64,000 nucleotides of DNA from an uncultured delta proteobacterium (GTDB lineage Bacteria; Desulfobacterota; Binatia; Binatales; Binataceae). Within the stretch, counting starts at the first letter, position 1. Every line of letters starts with the position of its first letter. Positions 40,264 through 50,537 of this stretch are shown here, piece by piece. The translations under genes and the position numbers were made by a program. The stretch lies in assembly GCA_963765675.1 (NCBI GenBank), contig CAVXXK010000001.1:2048001-2112000 (forward strand), read 5' to 3'. The notes under the pieces are model-generated. The model was not told the DNA's origin, did not search any database, and was given only the letters and a program-made list of their open reading frames with translations.

Positions 40264-41011
40264 CTCACATCCAGCACTTTCAGCGCCGCGTCGTCGAAGT
40301 AGCGGCCCGAGGGATCGAGCTTGCGCGCCGAGCGAATCAGGCGCTGCGCGTTTTCGCGCCTGAGAGCGGGGGACAGCGGCCGCGTCGTAGAGCCGGGCCT
40401 TGTCGAGATCAAGAATCACGACCGCGAAGCTTTCACCGGCTTGCGTGACGAACAGATTGTGCAGGTTCAGGTCGGCGTGAAACAGCCCCTGGTTGTGCAT
40501 CGTCGCGATCGCGGCGCGCGCCTTCAGCAGGACGTGGCTGCGGACGACAGGATCGTCGTCGGCGCGCACGAATTCCCACAACGTCATTCCCGGGAATCGC
40601 GCGAGTCAGAAAAAAACCGCGATAGAAGCCCGGTGCGACCGACTCGACGCTTGCGCCCATCGGTTCCGCGACGCCGATTCCCCGCCTGCGGGCCTCGGCG
40701 GCGATCTTAAGCTCCTCGAACAGCCGAGGCTTGAGTCCGAAGAACGTCTCTTCCAGCAGGAAGCGCATCATACCGCCGCGCCTGGCGCGCCGCGCGAACA
40801 ACTCCGGCCCGCCGTCGAGGCTGATTGGGTAGCCGCTTGCGCGATTGCCCGCTCCCGCCATTCGCGTCGGCGATTCGAGCTCGCGCAGGCGCGCGGCGAT
40901 AACGGGAGCGTAGGGAAGAATCTCGCGATGCAATATCAGCACGCGGCGACCCTGCGCGATCCGCGCAAAATTCGGATCGGGACGCCAGTCGATTTCCCCG
41001 CGCGGTCTCAT
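40260..41011 (-). CDS. Kdo kinase-like (KdkA/WaaP family), two apparent +1 frameshifts (about 40590 and 40380)
   Basis: RRGG..R.FEEL, MHNQGLFHADLNLHN, LDLDKA, then NAQRLIRSARK; ATGA-coupled to the upstream GT87 gene. Confidence 0.8.
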
Positions 41012-42237
41012 CGCACGGCCGCGGCGGGACTCGCGTCGCCGTCGGCCTCGACGGCGCGCGGCATCCGCCAGATTCCGGTTGCGACCGCAAAGAATGCCGC
41101 GATCGACGACAGGAAATGGGCGGAGTAAAAGAGCGCGAGATTGCCAAGCCGGCGTCCGGGCACGAAGTTCAGCAACACGGAGATTGCAAAGTACGCGATC
41201 GCTTTGGGCCGCAGGCGCGCACCGGTCGGCGGCGCGGCCAGCAGCATCGCGCAGAGCAGCATGTACGGCACGATCAGCGCGGCGAAATAGCTTTTCCACG
41301 AGATCGGCGCGAACCCCGGCATCAGGCAGAATAGTCCTGCCAGCGCAGAGCGATCGTGTTCGACTTCATCGCCGGGAGTGCGCACCGCGCGCCAGATCCA
41401 CTGCGCCTCGAGCGCGATCAGCACTGCCTCGAATCCCATCCCCATCCACAGCGGGCGCGAGCTTGCCGCCGCCGCCTCGCCTCCGGCGCTCAGCTCCAGC
41501 CGTGCGATCCCAGCCACCGCCGATTGATTCGTGAGCATCGTGCGATAGCGATCGGTCATCGAGGCTACCGATTGAATGTACGCTTCGGTCTGTTCGACGA
41601 GTCCGTGCGGACCAAAGATTAGGATAGGTGCGGCGAGCAGCACCGCAGCGGCGACGATAGTCCACCCGATCGCCGCGAATCTGCCGCGCAGCAGTAGGTA
41701 AAGCCCAGCCAAAAGGGCAAATGGTTTTATCAGGATCGCGGCTGCGAGCATCGCTCCTGAAGCGATCGAGCGCGATTCGCGCGCGTAAACGATCGCCCAC
41801 ACGCACAGCGCGAGCACCGGAAGATTCACCTGCCCGTGCTCAAAATTGTTGTTGATCAAGATCGAGCTCAAAACCACCGGCACGACAATCAGCGTCGCGG
41901 GCAGAGTCCGTCCGCGTCCGAACAGCATCGCTCCCGACCCGAGGATCAGCGCGACCAGTCCCCATGCGTTGACCAGAAAGAACGCGCCCTGCGCGGCATG
42001 GCGCGGCAGTATCGCGAACGGCGCCAGCACGATCGCGAAGATCGGCGCGTATAAGAAATGATCTTTTTCGCCGGGTGGATAGATTGCGGCGCTGTGCAAC
42101 ACGCGCTTTCCGGCGGCGTAATACACCGCGAAGTCGCCCTGCATGCGAAGAGTGGCCGAGACTCCAAGTGCGATGAGATAGATTGCGAGCGCACACCACG
42201 CGAGTTTGCGCGCGCGCTCGGCCTCGAGCGGGATCAT
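41008..42237 (-). CDS. GT87-family (GT-C) glycosyltransferase
   Basis: DFAVYY, FLYAP, GQVN, IKPF, NQS, PISWKSY; multi-TM. Confidence 0.85.
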   Translation of the reverse strand: MIPLEAERARKLAWCALAIYLIALGVSATLRMQGDFAVYYAAGKRVLHSAAIYPPGEKDHFLYAPIFAIVLAPFAILPRHAAQGAFFLVNAWGLVALILGSGAMLFGRGRTLPATLIVVPVVLSSILINNNFEHGQVNLPVLALCVWAIVYARESRSIASGAMLAAAILIKPFALLAGLYLLLRGRFAAIGWTIVAAAVLLAAPILIFGPHGLVEQTEAYIQSVASMTDRYRTMLTNQSAVAGIARLELSAGGEAAAASSRPLWMGMGFEAVLIALEAQWIWRAVRTPGDEVEHDRSALAGLFCLMPGFAPISWKSYFAALIVPYMLLCAMLLAAPPTGARLRPKAIAYFAISVLLNFVPGRRLGNLALFYSAHFLSSIAAFFAVATGIWRMPRAVEADGDASPAAAVR

Positions 42238-42253
42238 GGCGAATGCGTGCGCG

Positions 42254-42424
42254 TCACTTTAGCGGCTGGGCCTCGTCGATCAGCATGATCGGGATATCTT
42301 CGCGGATCGGATAGATCAGGCGGCATGCGCCGCAGACCAGGCCGTCTTTCGCGTCGGTAAGCTGCAGTCCGCCCTTGCATTTCGGGCAGGCAAGAATTTC
42401 GAGCAAATCCTGGCTAACGGGCAT
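42254..42424 (-). CDS. ycaR: Trm112/YcaR family small protein (56 aa, absent from the ORF track)
   Basis: Manual translation MPVSQDLLEILACPKCKGGL...CGACRLIYPIREDIPIMLIDEAQPLK; follows lpxK. Confidence 0.9.
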   Translation of the reverse strand: MPVSQDLLEILACPKCKGGLQLTDAKDGLVCGACRLIYPIREDIPIMLIDEAQPLK

Positions 42425-43556
42425 CGCGGGAAACCTCCTGTGCGGCGGCGGCTCCGACGTTGGGACGGATTCGCGCGAGGATCAACTCGTCGAGCGCACG
42501 CGCGTCGCCTTCCGGCATCGTCACCTCAAGGCGCAAAGCGTACAAGGAATCGCGTGCGAACGGAAATCTCTCGAGCTTCACCAAGTCCTTTTCCGTAGTG
42601 ACGATCAGATCAACGTTGCGCGCGGCCGACGCGATTTCCTGCCAGTCGGAGGCCGTGTACGAATGATGGTCCGGAAAGTCGAGCACGCCGATCAAATCGG
42701 CTTCGAGCTCACGCAACATGGCGTGAAACGCCGCTGGATCCGCAAGCCCGCTGACGGCGAGCACGCGGCGTCCGGTGAGCGACGCTGCGGATTCGCACCA
42801 ATTCCCGTTCGCGACGCTGACCAAGCTTTGGGGATGAAGCGCGGCGCTCAGCACGCGGCTCTGGTTGATACGCGCTAGCTGCGCCGCGGACAGCGCGCTC
42901 TTAAGGCTCGCGTCGGCCGAAACGATCACGACTGCGGCGGCGCGCCGCAGCGCGGACAGCGGCTCGCGCATCGGTCCGGCGGGCAGCATCCATCCGTTGC
43001 CGAGTCCGCGCTCGCGGCTGATCAAGACCAGATCAAGATCGCGGCGCAGGCGCGCGTGCTGGAAGCCGTCATCGAGGATGACCACGTCGAGCGGGCCGCG
43101 CGAGCGCAGGAGCTCGATCGCGTCGATACGTCTGCGCGCGATAGCGATCGGCCCGGTAAACCGCCGCGCCATCATCGCCGGCTCGTCGCCCGCTACACTC
43201 ACGTCGAGCAGCAATTCGCCATGCTCCGAGACCAGCGCGGCGCTCGCGGAGCCCGGGGCTCCGCTGTAGCCGCGGCTGACAATCGCAACGCGCAGCCCGC
43301 GGGCTTGCAGGCGTGCGGCGAGAAAAAGTGTAAACGGAGTCTTTGCGTTGCCGCCGACGGTCAGATTGCCGACGCTGATTACCGGCACTCCCGGATCCGC
43401 CGAGCGCCATCGCCACCAGCGGTTTCTTGCCGCGACAGCGCCGCGGAAAATTCCGGCCGCGCCGCGCAGCGGCAGTGCGAGCAGATGATGAATGGGCTTG
43501 GGATCGCCGCGCCACAAACTCTCCAGGCGCGGGCGGCGCGTGGGTCGCGTCGACAT
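42414..43556 (-). CDS. lpxK: Tetraacyldisaccharide 4'-kinase
   Basis: ISVGNLTVGGNAKTP, SRGY, GDEP, LDDGFQH, FPDHH, TTEKD. Confidence 0.95.
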   Translation of the reverse strand: MSTRPTRRPRLESLWRGDPKPIHHLLALPLRGAAGIFRGAVAARNRWWRWRSADPGVPVISVGNLTVGGNAKTPFTLFLAARLQARGLRVAIVSRGYSGAPGSASAALVSEHGELLLDVSVAGDEPAMMARRFTGPIAIARRRIDAIELLRSRGPLDVVILDDGFQHARLRRDLDLVLISRERGLGNGWMLPAGPMREPLSALRRAAAVVIVSADASLKSALSAAQLARINQSRVLSAALHPQSLVSVANGNWCESAASLTGRRVLAVSGLADPAAFHAMLRELEADLIGVLDFPDHHSYTASDWQEIASAARNVDLIVTTEKDLVKLERFPFARDSLYALRLEVTMPEGDARALDELILARIRPNVGAAAAQEVSRDAR

Positions 43557-43562
43557 CGAGCG

Positions 43563-44834
43563 TCACGCGTCCAAAGCCAGACGGCGCAGATGCTCGACGG
43601 TAGCGCGCGCCGCGCCTCCGGCATTTTCGGCGGCGGCCTTCGCGCGTGTGCCTGCGTGAGCACGAGCGCTCTCATCGCCGAGCCACTTGGCGCACTGCTC
43701 AGCCAGCTCGGCTGCGTCGCGGACGATCGCGCCGCCGCCAGACTCGACCAGCGCCGTCGCCATCGCGCGCTGATTTTCGTGGAAGGGTCCGAACATGACC
43801 GGCGCGGAAACCGCCGCCGGTTCGCCGACGTTCTGGCCGCCGCGTCCCGCGATCATGCTGCCGCCGACAAACGCGACACTAGCGCGCCGATACATCCCGC
43901 GCAGCTCGCCCATCGTGTCCAGCAGCATCACCGAGGCGTCCTCGGCGAGCGAGGTTCCAGTCTCTAGCGCGCTTGCGCGCAAGTACGACACTTCGGCAGC
44001 GCGCAGCGCCTCTTCGACTTCGGGAGTGCGCGCCGGATGACGCGGCGCGAGCACCAACGCGAGCGCGCCAAAGCGTTTGCGCAAGATCTGGAAAGCGGCG
44101 ATCACGATCGCCTCTTCGCCGCGCGCGGTCGAGCCCGCGACCAGGAGAGGACGCCCGTGCGCGAACCGGGTCAATGCGTCGCGCAGCGCAATTTCCTCTC
44201 CCGCGAAAGAGACATCAAACTTGGTATTGCCCGTTACCGTGATCTTATCGCTCGCCGCGCCAAGCGTGGTAAAACGCCGCGCGTCTTCATCGCTTTGGGC
44301 AAGAATCAGATGCGCGGATTTGAGCGCGTGGCCGAACAGCGACTTCGCGCGTTTGTAGCGGCGCAGCGAACGCTCTGAGATTCGTCCATTGACGATCGCG
44401 ACGCGCGCGCCCGCCCGCCGCGCCTCGATAAAATAATTTGGCCACAGCTCGGTCTCGCCGATCAGCACCAGGCTCGGACGCACTCCGCGCAGGAACCTGC
44501 GGACGGTCGCGGGACAATCGAGCGGCGCGAGGGCGCACGTGGTGGCCGACGGGATTCGGCGGCGTGCGGCGTCGCGTCCGGTCGTAGTCATGGTGGTGAC
44601 GACAATCCGCGCGCCGTCGAGCTCGCGATGCAATCCCGAGGCTACGGGCCGCATCGCTTCGACTTCGCCCACCGACGAGGCGTGAATCCAAATGCGCGGA
44701 CCGGCTCCGTTGGGCGGAAGCTCAATCGCTCCCATCCGCTCGCGGCGGTCCTGCCGGTCGCGCGCGCCCGTCGTCGCCAAGGCGAACGGCAGAGCAGGGT
44801 ACCAAAGCGCGTTGTATATTACGCGTAGCATCAT
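43563..44834 (-). CDS. waaA: Kdo transferase
   Basis: WIHASSVGE, ETELWPN, NGRISERS, GNTKFD, PRHP, GGQN. Confidence 0.95.
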   Translation of the reverse strand: MMLRVIYNALWYPALPFALATTGARDRQDRRERMGAIELPPNGAGPRIWIHASSVGEVEAMRPVASGLHRELDGARIVVTTMTTTGRDAARRRIPSATTCALAPLDCPATVRRFLRGVRPSLVLIGETELWPNYFIEARRAGARVAIVNGRISERSLRRYKRAKSLFGHALKSAHLILAQSDEDARRFTTLGAASDKITVTGNTKFDVSFAGEEIALRDALTRFAHGRPLLVAGSTARGEEAIVIAAFQILRKRFGALALVLAPRHPARTPEVEEALRAAEVSYLRASALETGTSLAEDASVMLLDTMGELRGMYRRASVAFVGGSMIAGRGGQNVGEPAAVSAPVMFGPFHENQRAMATALVESGGGAIVRDAAELAEQCAKWLGDESARAHAGTRAKAAAENAGGAARATVEHLRRLALDA

Positions 44835-44869
44835 TTGCGCGGCCGCGCGCAAAACCGCGCGGCGTCCGC

Positions 44870-46639
44870 CTAATTTACCAAGCCGTCCTCGGGAATCGGT
44901 TCATCACTCGACGCGAACTGGAGATCGTAAAGCTTTCGATACTCGCCGTCGCGCTCGAAGAGTTCGTCGTGCGAGCCTTCCTCGACAATCCGCCCGTGGA
45001 CCACCACCACGATCCGATCGGCGCGGCGCACGGTGGACAGGCGATGCGCGATCACCAATGTAGTGCGGTTGCGCATCAGCAGTTCCAGCGCTTCCTGCAC
45101 CGAGCGCTCGGATTCGGAATCGAGCGACGACGTAGCTTCGTCGAGGATCAGAATCGGGGCGTCTTTCAGGAGCGCACGCGCGATCGCGATTCGCTGGCGC
45201 TCACCCCCGCTCAGGCGAATTCCGAGCTCGCCGACGATTGTGTCGTAACCGTTGGGTAGCCGCATGATGAAGTCGTGGGCGTTCGCCAGCTTGGCCGCGG
45301 CAGTAACGCGTTCCAGCTTTCGCGACTCCGAGCCGTACGCGATATTGGCGCGGATCGTGTCGTTGAACAAAAAAGTATGCTGCGTCACCAGGCCGATCTG
45401 CGCGCGCAACGAATCGATCTGGATTCGCCGCACGTCAATTCCGTCCACAGCGACGCGGCCCTCCTGCACGTCATAGAAGCGCGGGATCAGATCCGCGAGG
45501 GTGGACTTGCCGCCGCCGCTCATCCCGACCAGCGCGACCACTTTGCCCGCGCCGATTTCGAGGTTGATATCGTGCAGAACCCATTCGGCGCCGTAGCGGA
45601 AGCTCACGTGCTCGAAGCGCACGCTGTGCGAGCCTGCCGCCAGCTCGACCCCTTCGGGATCGTCGGGCACATCGCTCGGCTCGTCCATCATTTCAAACAC
45701 GCGTTCGGCCGCGGCGAGCCCCTGCTGGATGGTGTTGTTGGTTTTGCTGACCGATTTAAACGGCGCATAGACCAACAGCATCGTGGTGAAAAATCCGGCG
45801 AACGATCCGAGCGTGCGCCGACCGGCTGCGACCGACGGAAACGCCCACCACACCACGACCACCACCGCCACCGCGCCGAGTGACTCGATCATCGGTCCGG
45901 TGATCGCCTTGATCCGCGCGACCCGCATGTAGATTCGGAAAAGGCGGCGCAGCTCGGCGTTGAAGCGGCGGCGCTCGTAGTCTTCCATCCCAAAAGCCTT
46001 GACCACGCGATTGCCCTGGAAGGTTTCCTGGAGCAGCGCCTGCAGGCCGCCAAGCTGCTTCTGCGCATTCTTGGTTTCCTTGCGGACCCGCTTCGAGAAG
46101 CTGACGATCGGTCCGATCGTGAGCGGAAATCCGACGAACGCGACCAGCGCAAGCTGCCAATCCATGTAAAACGCGGCGCCGATCAGCGCGACGAGCGAGA
46201 GTCCGTCGCCGAACAGCGAGAACACGCCGTTGCTCAGCGTCTGCACGACGACGTTCACGTCGTTGAGCACCCGCGAGACCATCATGCCGGTCGGAGTTCG
46301 GTTGAAAAAGCTCAGCGACTGGCGCTGCAGGCTTTCGTTCAAGTCGGCGCGCATGTCGAGCACGAGTTTCTGCGTAATGTAAGCGCTCAGGTAATCGTCG
46401 GTAAGGTTCCCGCCCGCGCGCAGCAGGAACAGACCCGCCAGCATGAACGAGAGCACGTGCAGCCCGCCGGCCCCCTGGGTCCGCGTCATGTCATTGACGA
46501 AGTTCTTGATCACAAACGGGATACCGGCGTTCGCGCCCGCCAGCACTAGCATCGAGACGCCGAGCAGCGCGGTATACGGAAACAGGTAAGGGCGCAGATA
46601 GTTGAACAGGCGCCGATGCATCGGTGACAGGAGCTTCAT
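44870..46639 (-). CDS. msbA: Lipid A flippase ABC transporter
   Basis: TMD plus NBD (GMSGGGKST, LSGGERQR, DEATS) between lpxB and waaA. Confidence 0.92.
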   Translation of the reverse strand: MKLLSPMHRRLFNYLRPYLFPYTALLGVSMLVLAGANAGIPFVIKNFVNDMTRTQGAGGLHVLSFMLAGLFLLRAGGNLTDDYLSAYITQKLVLDMRADLNESLQRQSLSFFNRTPTGMMVSRVLNDVNVVVQTLSNGVFSLFGDGLSLVALIGAAFYMDWQLALVAFVGFPLTIGPIVSFSKRVRKETKNAQKQLGGLQALLQETFQGNRVVKAFGMEDYERRRFNAELRRLFRIYMRVARIKAITGPMIESLGAVAVVVVVWWAFPSVAAGRRTLGSFAGFFTTMLLVYAPFKSVSKTNNTIQQGLAAAERVFEMMDEPSDVPDDPEGVELAAGSHSVRFEHVSFRYGAEWVLHDINLEIGAGKVVALVGMSGGGKSTLADLIPRFYDVQEGRVAVDGIDVRRIQIDSLRAQIGLVTQHTFLFNDTIRANIAYGSESRKLERVTAAAKLANAHDFIMRLPNGYDTIVGELGIRLSGGERQRIAIARALLKDAPILILDEATSSLDSESERSVQEALELLMRNRTTLVIAHRLSTVRRADRIVVVVHGRIVEEGSHDELFERDGEYRKLYDLQFASSDEPIPEDGLVN

Positions 46640-47814
46640 GCGGAAATCTCGAGCGCGATCGCGGCGACGCGCGCAGCCGCTCCCGGAGCGCCCAGCAGAT
46701 CGCGCAGGGAATGCAGCGCGGCGGTAGTTTCGCTATGGAGAGTTTCGCTCAACAAAGGTTCGGCGGCGCGCACCAGGTTATTCGCCGTCATTTCGCCCTG
46801 GATCAGCTCCGGTACGATTTTTCGTCCCGCCAAGATATTCGGCATCCCAATAAAATCGACCCCGGTTATCAGCATGCGACCCAGAATATAGGTCAGAGCT
46901 GACACTTTATACGCTATCACCATCGGACAGCCGAGCAGCGCGGTCTCCAGTGTCGCGGTGCCAGAGGTTACCAGCGCAAGCTCGCTGGCCGCGATAATAC
47001 TATACGTGTCGCCCGCGATTATACGGATTCCCGACAGGTCGGCGCCCGACTCGGCCGCGATAGTGTCAGCGCTGAGCGTCGGCGCGAGCGCGAGGATCGG
47101 CGTCAAGCCATGATCGCGCGCGAGGATCCTGGCCGCATCGGCGAACGCCGGCAGCATCAGGCGAACCTCGGCGCGGCGGCTGCCCGGCAGCAGCGCGAGA
47201 ATTTTCGCATCGGCGCCAAGACCGTAACGTGCGAGCGTCTCGGCGCGCGGCGCAGCGGTGGCGACGCGGTCGAGCAGGGGATGGCCGACGAAGCTCACGC
47301 GGTCGCCGGCGCGGGCGAATACCTGTTTTTCGAACGGCAGCACCACCGCCATATGTTCAGCGCGATCGGAAATTTTCTTTACCCGCCCGCGACGCCACGC
47401 CCACACCTGCGGCGTGATGTAGTAAAGCACCTTCACGCCCGCGCGCTTGGCGACGCCCGACAGGATCAGATTGAACTCAGCGTAGTCGATCAGGATCAGC
47501 AGGTCAGGTGGATCGCGCTGGATGATCCGGCGCAGATGCAGGAACGCCTTGGCGGTGCGTCCGATTGTCGAGGCGAGTTCGGACAGCCCGAGTCCGTGAA
47601 TTTCCTCCATCGTGACCAGCGCGCGCACGCCGGCCGCGCGCATCTTCTCGCCTGCGATCCCGAATAGATCGCAACCTGGGTCGCGCACGAGGATTTCGCG
47701 TGCCAAGTCGGCGCCGTGGAGATCACCTGAAGCCTCGCCGGCGACGATCATGATACGCCGCGTGAGGCGATTCGCGCGCGTAGCGGAAGCGCTGGGGTCA
47801 GTCGAAAGCGGCAT
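46636..47814 (-). CDS. lpxB: Lipid A disaccharide synthase
   Basis: AGEASGD, IDYAEFN, PQVWAWR, VGHPL, LPGSR, SGTATLE. Confidence 0.96.
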   Translation of the reverse strand: MPLSTDPSASATRANRLTRRIMIVAGEASGDLHGADLAREILVRDPGCDLFGIAGEKMRAAGVRALVTMEEIHGLGLSELASTIGRTAKAFLHLRRIIQRDPPDLLILIDYAEFNLILSGVAKRAGVKVLYYITPQVWAWRRGRVKKISDRAEHMAVVLPFEKQVFARAGDRVSFVGHPLLDRVATAAPRAETLARYGLGADAKILALLPGSRRAEVRLMLPAFADAARILARDHGLTPILALAPTLSADTIAAESGADLSGIRIIAGDTYSIIAASELALVTSGTATLETALLGCPMVIAYKVSALTYILGRMLITGVDFIGMPNILAGRKIVPELIQGEMTANNLVRAAEPLLSETLHSETTAALHSLRDLLGAPGAAARVAAIALEISA

Positions 47815-47864
47815 CGGGCAAATTGTGATTGAAAATCCTGCTTCGCACCACGGGGTGCACGCGC

Positions 47865-48734
47865 TTAATGCGGCGGCGGAGTATTCGCCAACATCGCCGA
47901 CCACGCGAGCACGATCGCCAGGAGCACGCATTCGACGGCGACGTTGCGGAGCAGAATTTCGCGTGCGCCCGATTCATCGAGCCGCCCCACGACCCGGAAC
48001 CGATTATGCGCGGCGAATACGATGATCACGGCGAAGGTGATGAGCTTCCACAAAAGCGTGCGTCCGTACATCGCGTCGATCATCAGGTGCAGATCAAATC
48101 CGATTCGTTCGTAGGCATTGCAGAGCCCCGTGAGCGTCAAAATCCCCACTGCGTAGAAGGCGACCGTAGAGACTCGCGGCGTTACGGCGCGAATCCATTC
48201 GGCCCGCTCAGATTTGTCGATGCACCCGAGCATCAGCGCCGCGAGCGCTCCGATCCAGACGCCCGCGCACGCTTGATGCACGAAATAAACCGCGATCGCG
48301 AGGCGTCCGAAATCGATCGCGTGGCTGGTGATGCTCGCGAGTGCCAGCACGAGCGTCGTCAGCAGCAGCATCGCGATCGCCAATCCTCGCGCGCGTAACG
48401 GGATCCACGCGGCGGCGGCGAGTATCACAACCACGCCCATCCGCCAGATCCACACGCGTCCAGCGTCGGTCTGCCGCACGATCTCCGGCACCAGCGGCAA
48501 CACCTGCCACCAGCGCGCCTGCGCCATCCCGCACGCCATGTCCATGAACGCGAGCGGAGAGATCACGAGCAGCGCCAGCGCGAGCATCCGCCAGAGAGTC
48601 GCGAGGCGGCGATGAAACGCGGCGCTCGCGCTCACCGGCAGGTCCGGCGCGAGCAGCGCGAATGCCGCGGTTCCAAAGATGAGTAGTTGCGCGGCGAGCA
48701 GCAGCCACGCAAAAGTCGCAGGGCCTGCGATCAA
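47865..48734 (-). CDS. copD: CopD family copper membrane protein
   Basis: SHA, HQACAGVWIGAL, YGRTLLWK, HNRF; TTGA overlap with copC. Confidence 0.88.
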   Translation of the reverse strand: MIAGPATFAWLLLAAQLLIFGTAAFALLAPDLPVSASAAFHRRLATLWRMLALALLVISPLAFMDMACGMAQARWWQVLPLVPEIVRQTDAGRVWIWRMGVVVILAAAAWIPLRARGLAIAMLLLTTLVLALASITSHAIDFGRLAIAVYFVHQACAGVWIGALAALMLGCIDKSERAEWIRAVTPRVSTVAFYAVGILTLTGLCNAYERIGFDLHLMIDAMYGRTLLWKLITFAVIIVFAAHNRFRVVGRLDESGAREILLRNVAVECVLLAIVLAWSAMLANTPPPH

Positions 48735-49138
48735 GCGCCGGTTCCTTTCACGGTGAAGATGTAAGAACCGTTCGTGTGGTGCGTGTCGATTCCGACCACT
48801 GCCCACTTGACTGTATAGACCCCGGGCGCGCGCGCTCCGACCTTCACCGCGAGAGTCCGGGTGTCGTCGCCGAACGTCGGATCACCGACGGCGCAATTCT
48901 TTCCGTCGGGACCGTCCACTTCCAGTTTTGCGAACAGGTGTTCGATCGGCGCGTCGAATTTGATCGTGACTTCTGCCGGTGCCGCGGACAGGGTCTGCCC
49001 GGCCGAGGGGGACTCTTCCTCGGGAAACGAATGCGCATGCGCCATCGCGGCACTCGCGATCAGGACGAGCGCGGCAATGAAGCCCGCAAATGAGGTTCGC
49101 GTTATCCACGTTCTGAGTAGTTGTGTGCGCATCGCCAT
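48731..49138 (-). CDS. copC: CopC periplasmic copper-binding protein
   Basis: Signal peptide then HAHSF, SPSAG, YTVKW...DTHH.G...F.V. Confidence 0.9.
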   Translation of the reverse strand: MAMRTQLLRTWITRTSFAGFIAALVLIASAAMAHAHSFPEEESPSAGQTLSAAPAEVTIKFDAPIEHLFAKLEVDGPDGKNCAVGDPTFGDDTRTLAVKVGARAPGVYTVKWAVVGIDTHHTNGSYIFTVKGTGA

Positions 49139-49143
49139 TTGCC

Positions 49144-50052
49144 TCAGTTACCGAACAGCTTGAAGTTGCCTTGCGGAATGATCGAATCGTAAAAGATATC
49201 CAGCAGACCCAGGACCGCGGCGTGAGTATTGGGCACGCTCGCGTTGTTGAGGGGGATTTGCGTACCCACGCTCACCTCGAACCGATATCCCACGTATGCG
49301 ATTCCCGGCGTGGCGACCACATTTGGAAAGGTCTCGCCGGAAGGTCCTCTGACCAATTGTGAGTAATTTATTTCGGTGAAAAGAAACAGATTCCTGAGCG
49401 GTCCCTTGAGGCCGATATCCTGCACGTTATTGCTCAGGTACGGAAGTGAGTATTCGATCACCTGGTCCGCGTTCAGTTGATGGCTGGTATGTCCGCCGAG
49501 CGCGGGCAGATATCCAACGTCTGCCTGAAATCCCAACGGACGCAGGAATCTGATGTAGGGTAGATTGGGCAGGTCACCGAGTGCCTTTTCCCACAGCAGC
49601 TCCGGACCAAGGCTCGTATGCTGCTGTTCCTCGACGCTGGGATTTCCCGCCGGGATCTGCATCTGCAGGACGAACGACATCAGGAATTCGTGTTCCGGAA
49701 TGATCAGGAATGCGTATTTTGCGAACAACTCAAGATTGCCGAAACCCTCTTCATTCGGCCCCTCTTTCGGCGACTGGTAGATCCACGAAGTGCTGCCGCC
49801 GACACTGAAGCGCGGCAGTCCTTCGCTGTCGGTGCCGAGGACTTTTTCGATCGCGCTTCCAATCGAGAACGTGCGTCCCTCAGCGGTGCGAGTCCATTGA
49901 GGCTGTACGATATCGAGCTCGTTGGCCGTGGTTGGATCCTCGGCGACCAGCGGTTCCAGGAAAATATAGTCGCCCACCACTCCGTGGGCGTGCGCAAACG
50001 GCGCTCCAGTCAGAATCGTCAGCGTAAAAATCAGTAGTGCGATCCTTCTCAA
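49144..50052 (-). CDS. Uncharacterised exported, probable outer-membrane beta-barrel protein with predicted N-terminal His
   Basis: TAGGAG RBS, signal ...AHA/HGVVGD, amphipathic strands (GFGNLELFAKY, TPGIAY); directly upstream of copC. Confidence 0.7.
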   Translation of the reverse strand: MRRIALLIFTLTILTGAPFAHAHGVVGDYIFLEPLVAEDPTTANELDIVQPQWTRTAEGRTFSIGSAIEKVLGTDSEGLPRFSVGGSTSWIYQSPKEGPNEEGFGNLELFAKYAFLIIPEHEFLMSFVLQMQIPAGNPSVEEQQHTSLGPELLWEKALGDLPNLPYIRFLRPLGFQADVGYLPALGGHTSHQLNADQVIEYSLPYLSNNVQDIGLKGPLRNLFLFTEINYSQLVRGPSGETFPNVVATPGIAYVGYRFEVSVGTQIPLNNASVPNTHAAVLGLLDIFYDSIIPQGNFKLFGN

Positions 50053-50537
50053 AGCGTTCTCCTATCATGCCGTGTATGACCACAAACTTGCGTCGAGGAC
50101 GAGAGCGTTTTTGTTTTCGCCGCCGAACGAAACTCCAGGAGTCCGACGGTTGCGGCCGGTGCGATCTTAAACGGCGGTACCGCAACCAGGGAGGTCTCCT
50201 CGAGGTCGAATCGCCGCTCCAGCGTCTGATAAACCATCGGAAGTGGCGACGACGCGCTCAGGTCGGGTAGATAAAATCGAGAAGGACAGTTAGCCTTTAA
50301 GTGACGCCAGCGAAACCTTTTGCCTGTGCCGATCGAGCAGGGTGACATCGGGCAGGCAGTCAGCGGCGTGCAATACCGCGAACCCTCCGCTCGCTGTCAG
50401 GGCCGTCACTTGCTTGGCGGCATCCGGTTCCGCCTACCACACTTGCAAGCAAGATCAATAGCGGCGGGGCTATTGGTATTCTAGCCGCCGTCGCATCGTT
50501 CAAAGAATACATCGCTCTTCTCCCAATAAATCTTGCT

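Noticed and set aside
31636-40590. Programmed frameshifting or phase variation as the cause of the +1 shifts
   Set aside because: No long homopolymer or slippery heptamer at the sites; sequencing indels are the simpler explanation.
47815-47864. Search for att sites or direct repeats at the copper island ends (with 56124-56147)
   Set aside because: Only a 6-bp inverted CTTCGC match; no integrase, transposase or tRNA, so not called a mobile element.
50049-50537. 99-aa ORF and hairpins upstream of the His1 gene as a second leader or riboswitch
   Set aside because: No signal segment or terminal arrest motif in a startable frame; hairpins match no RNA family I recognise.
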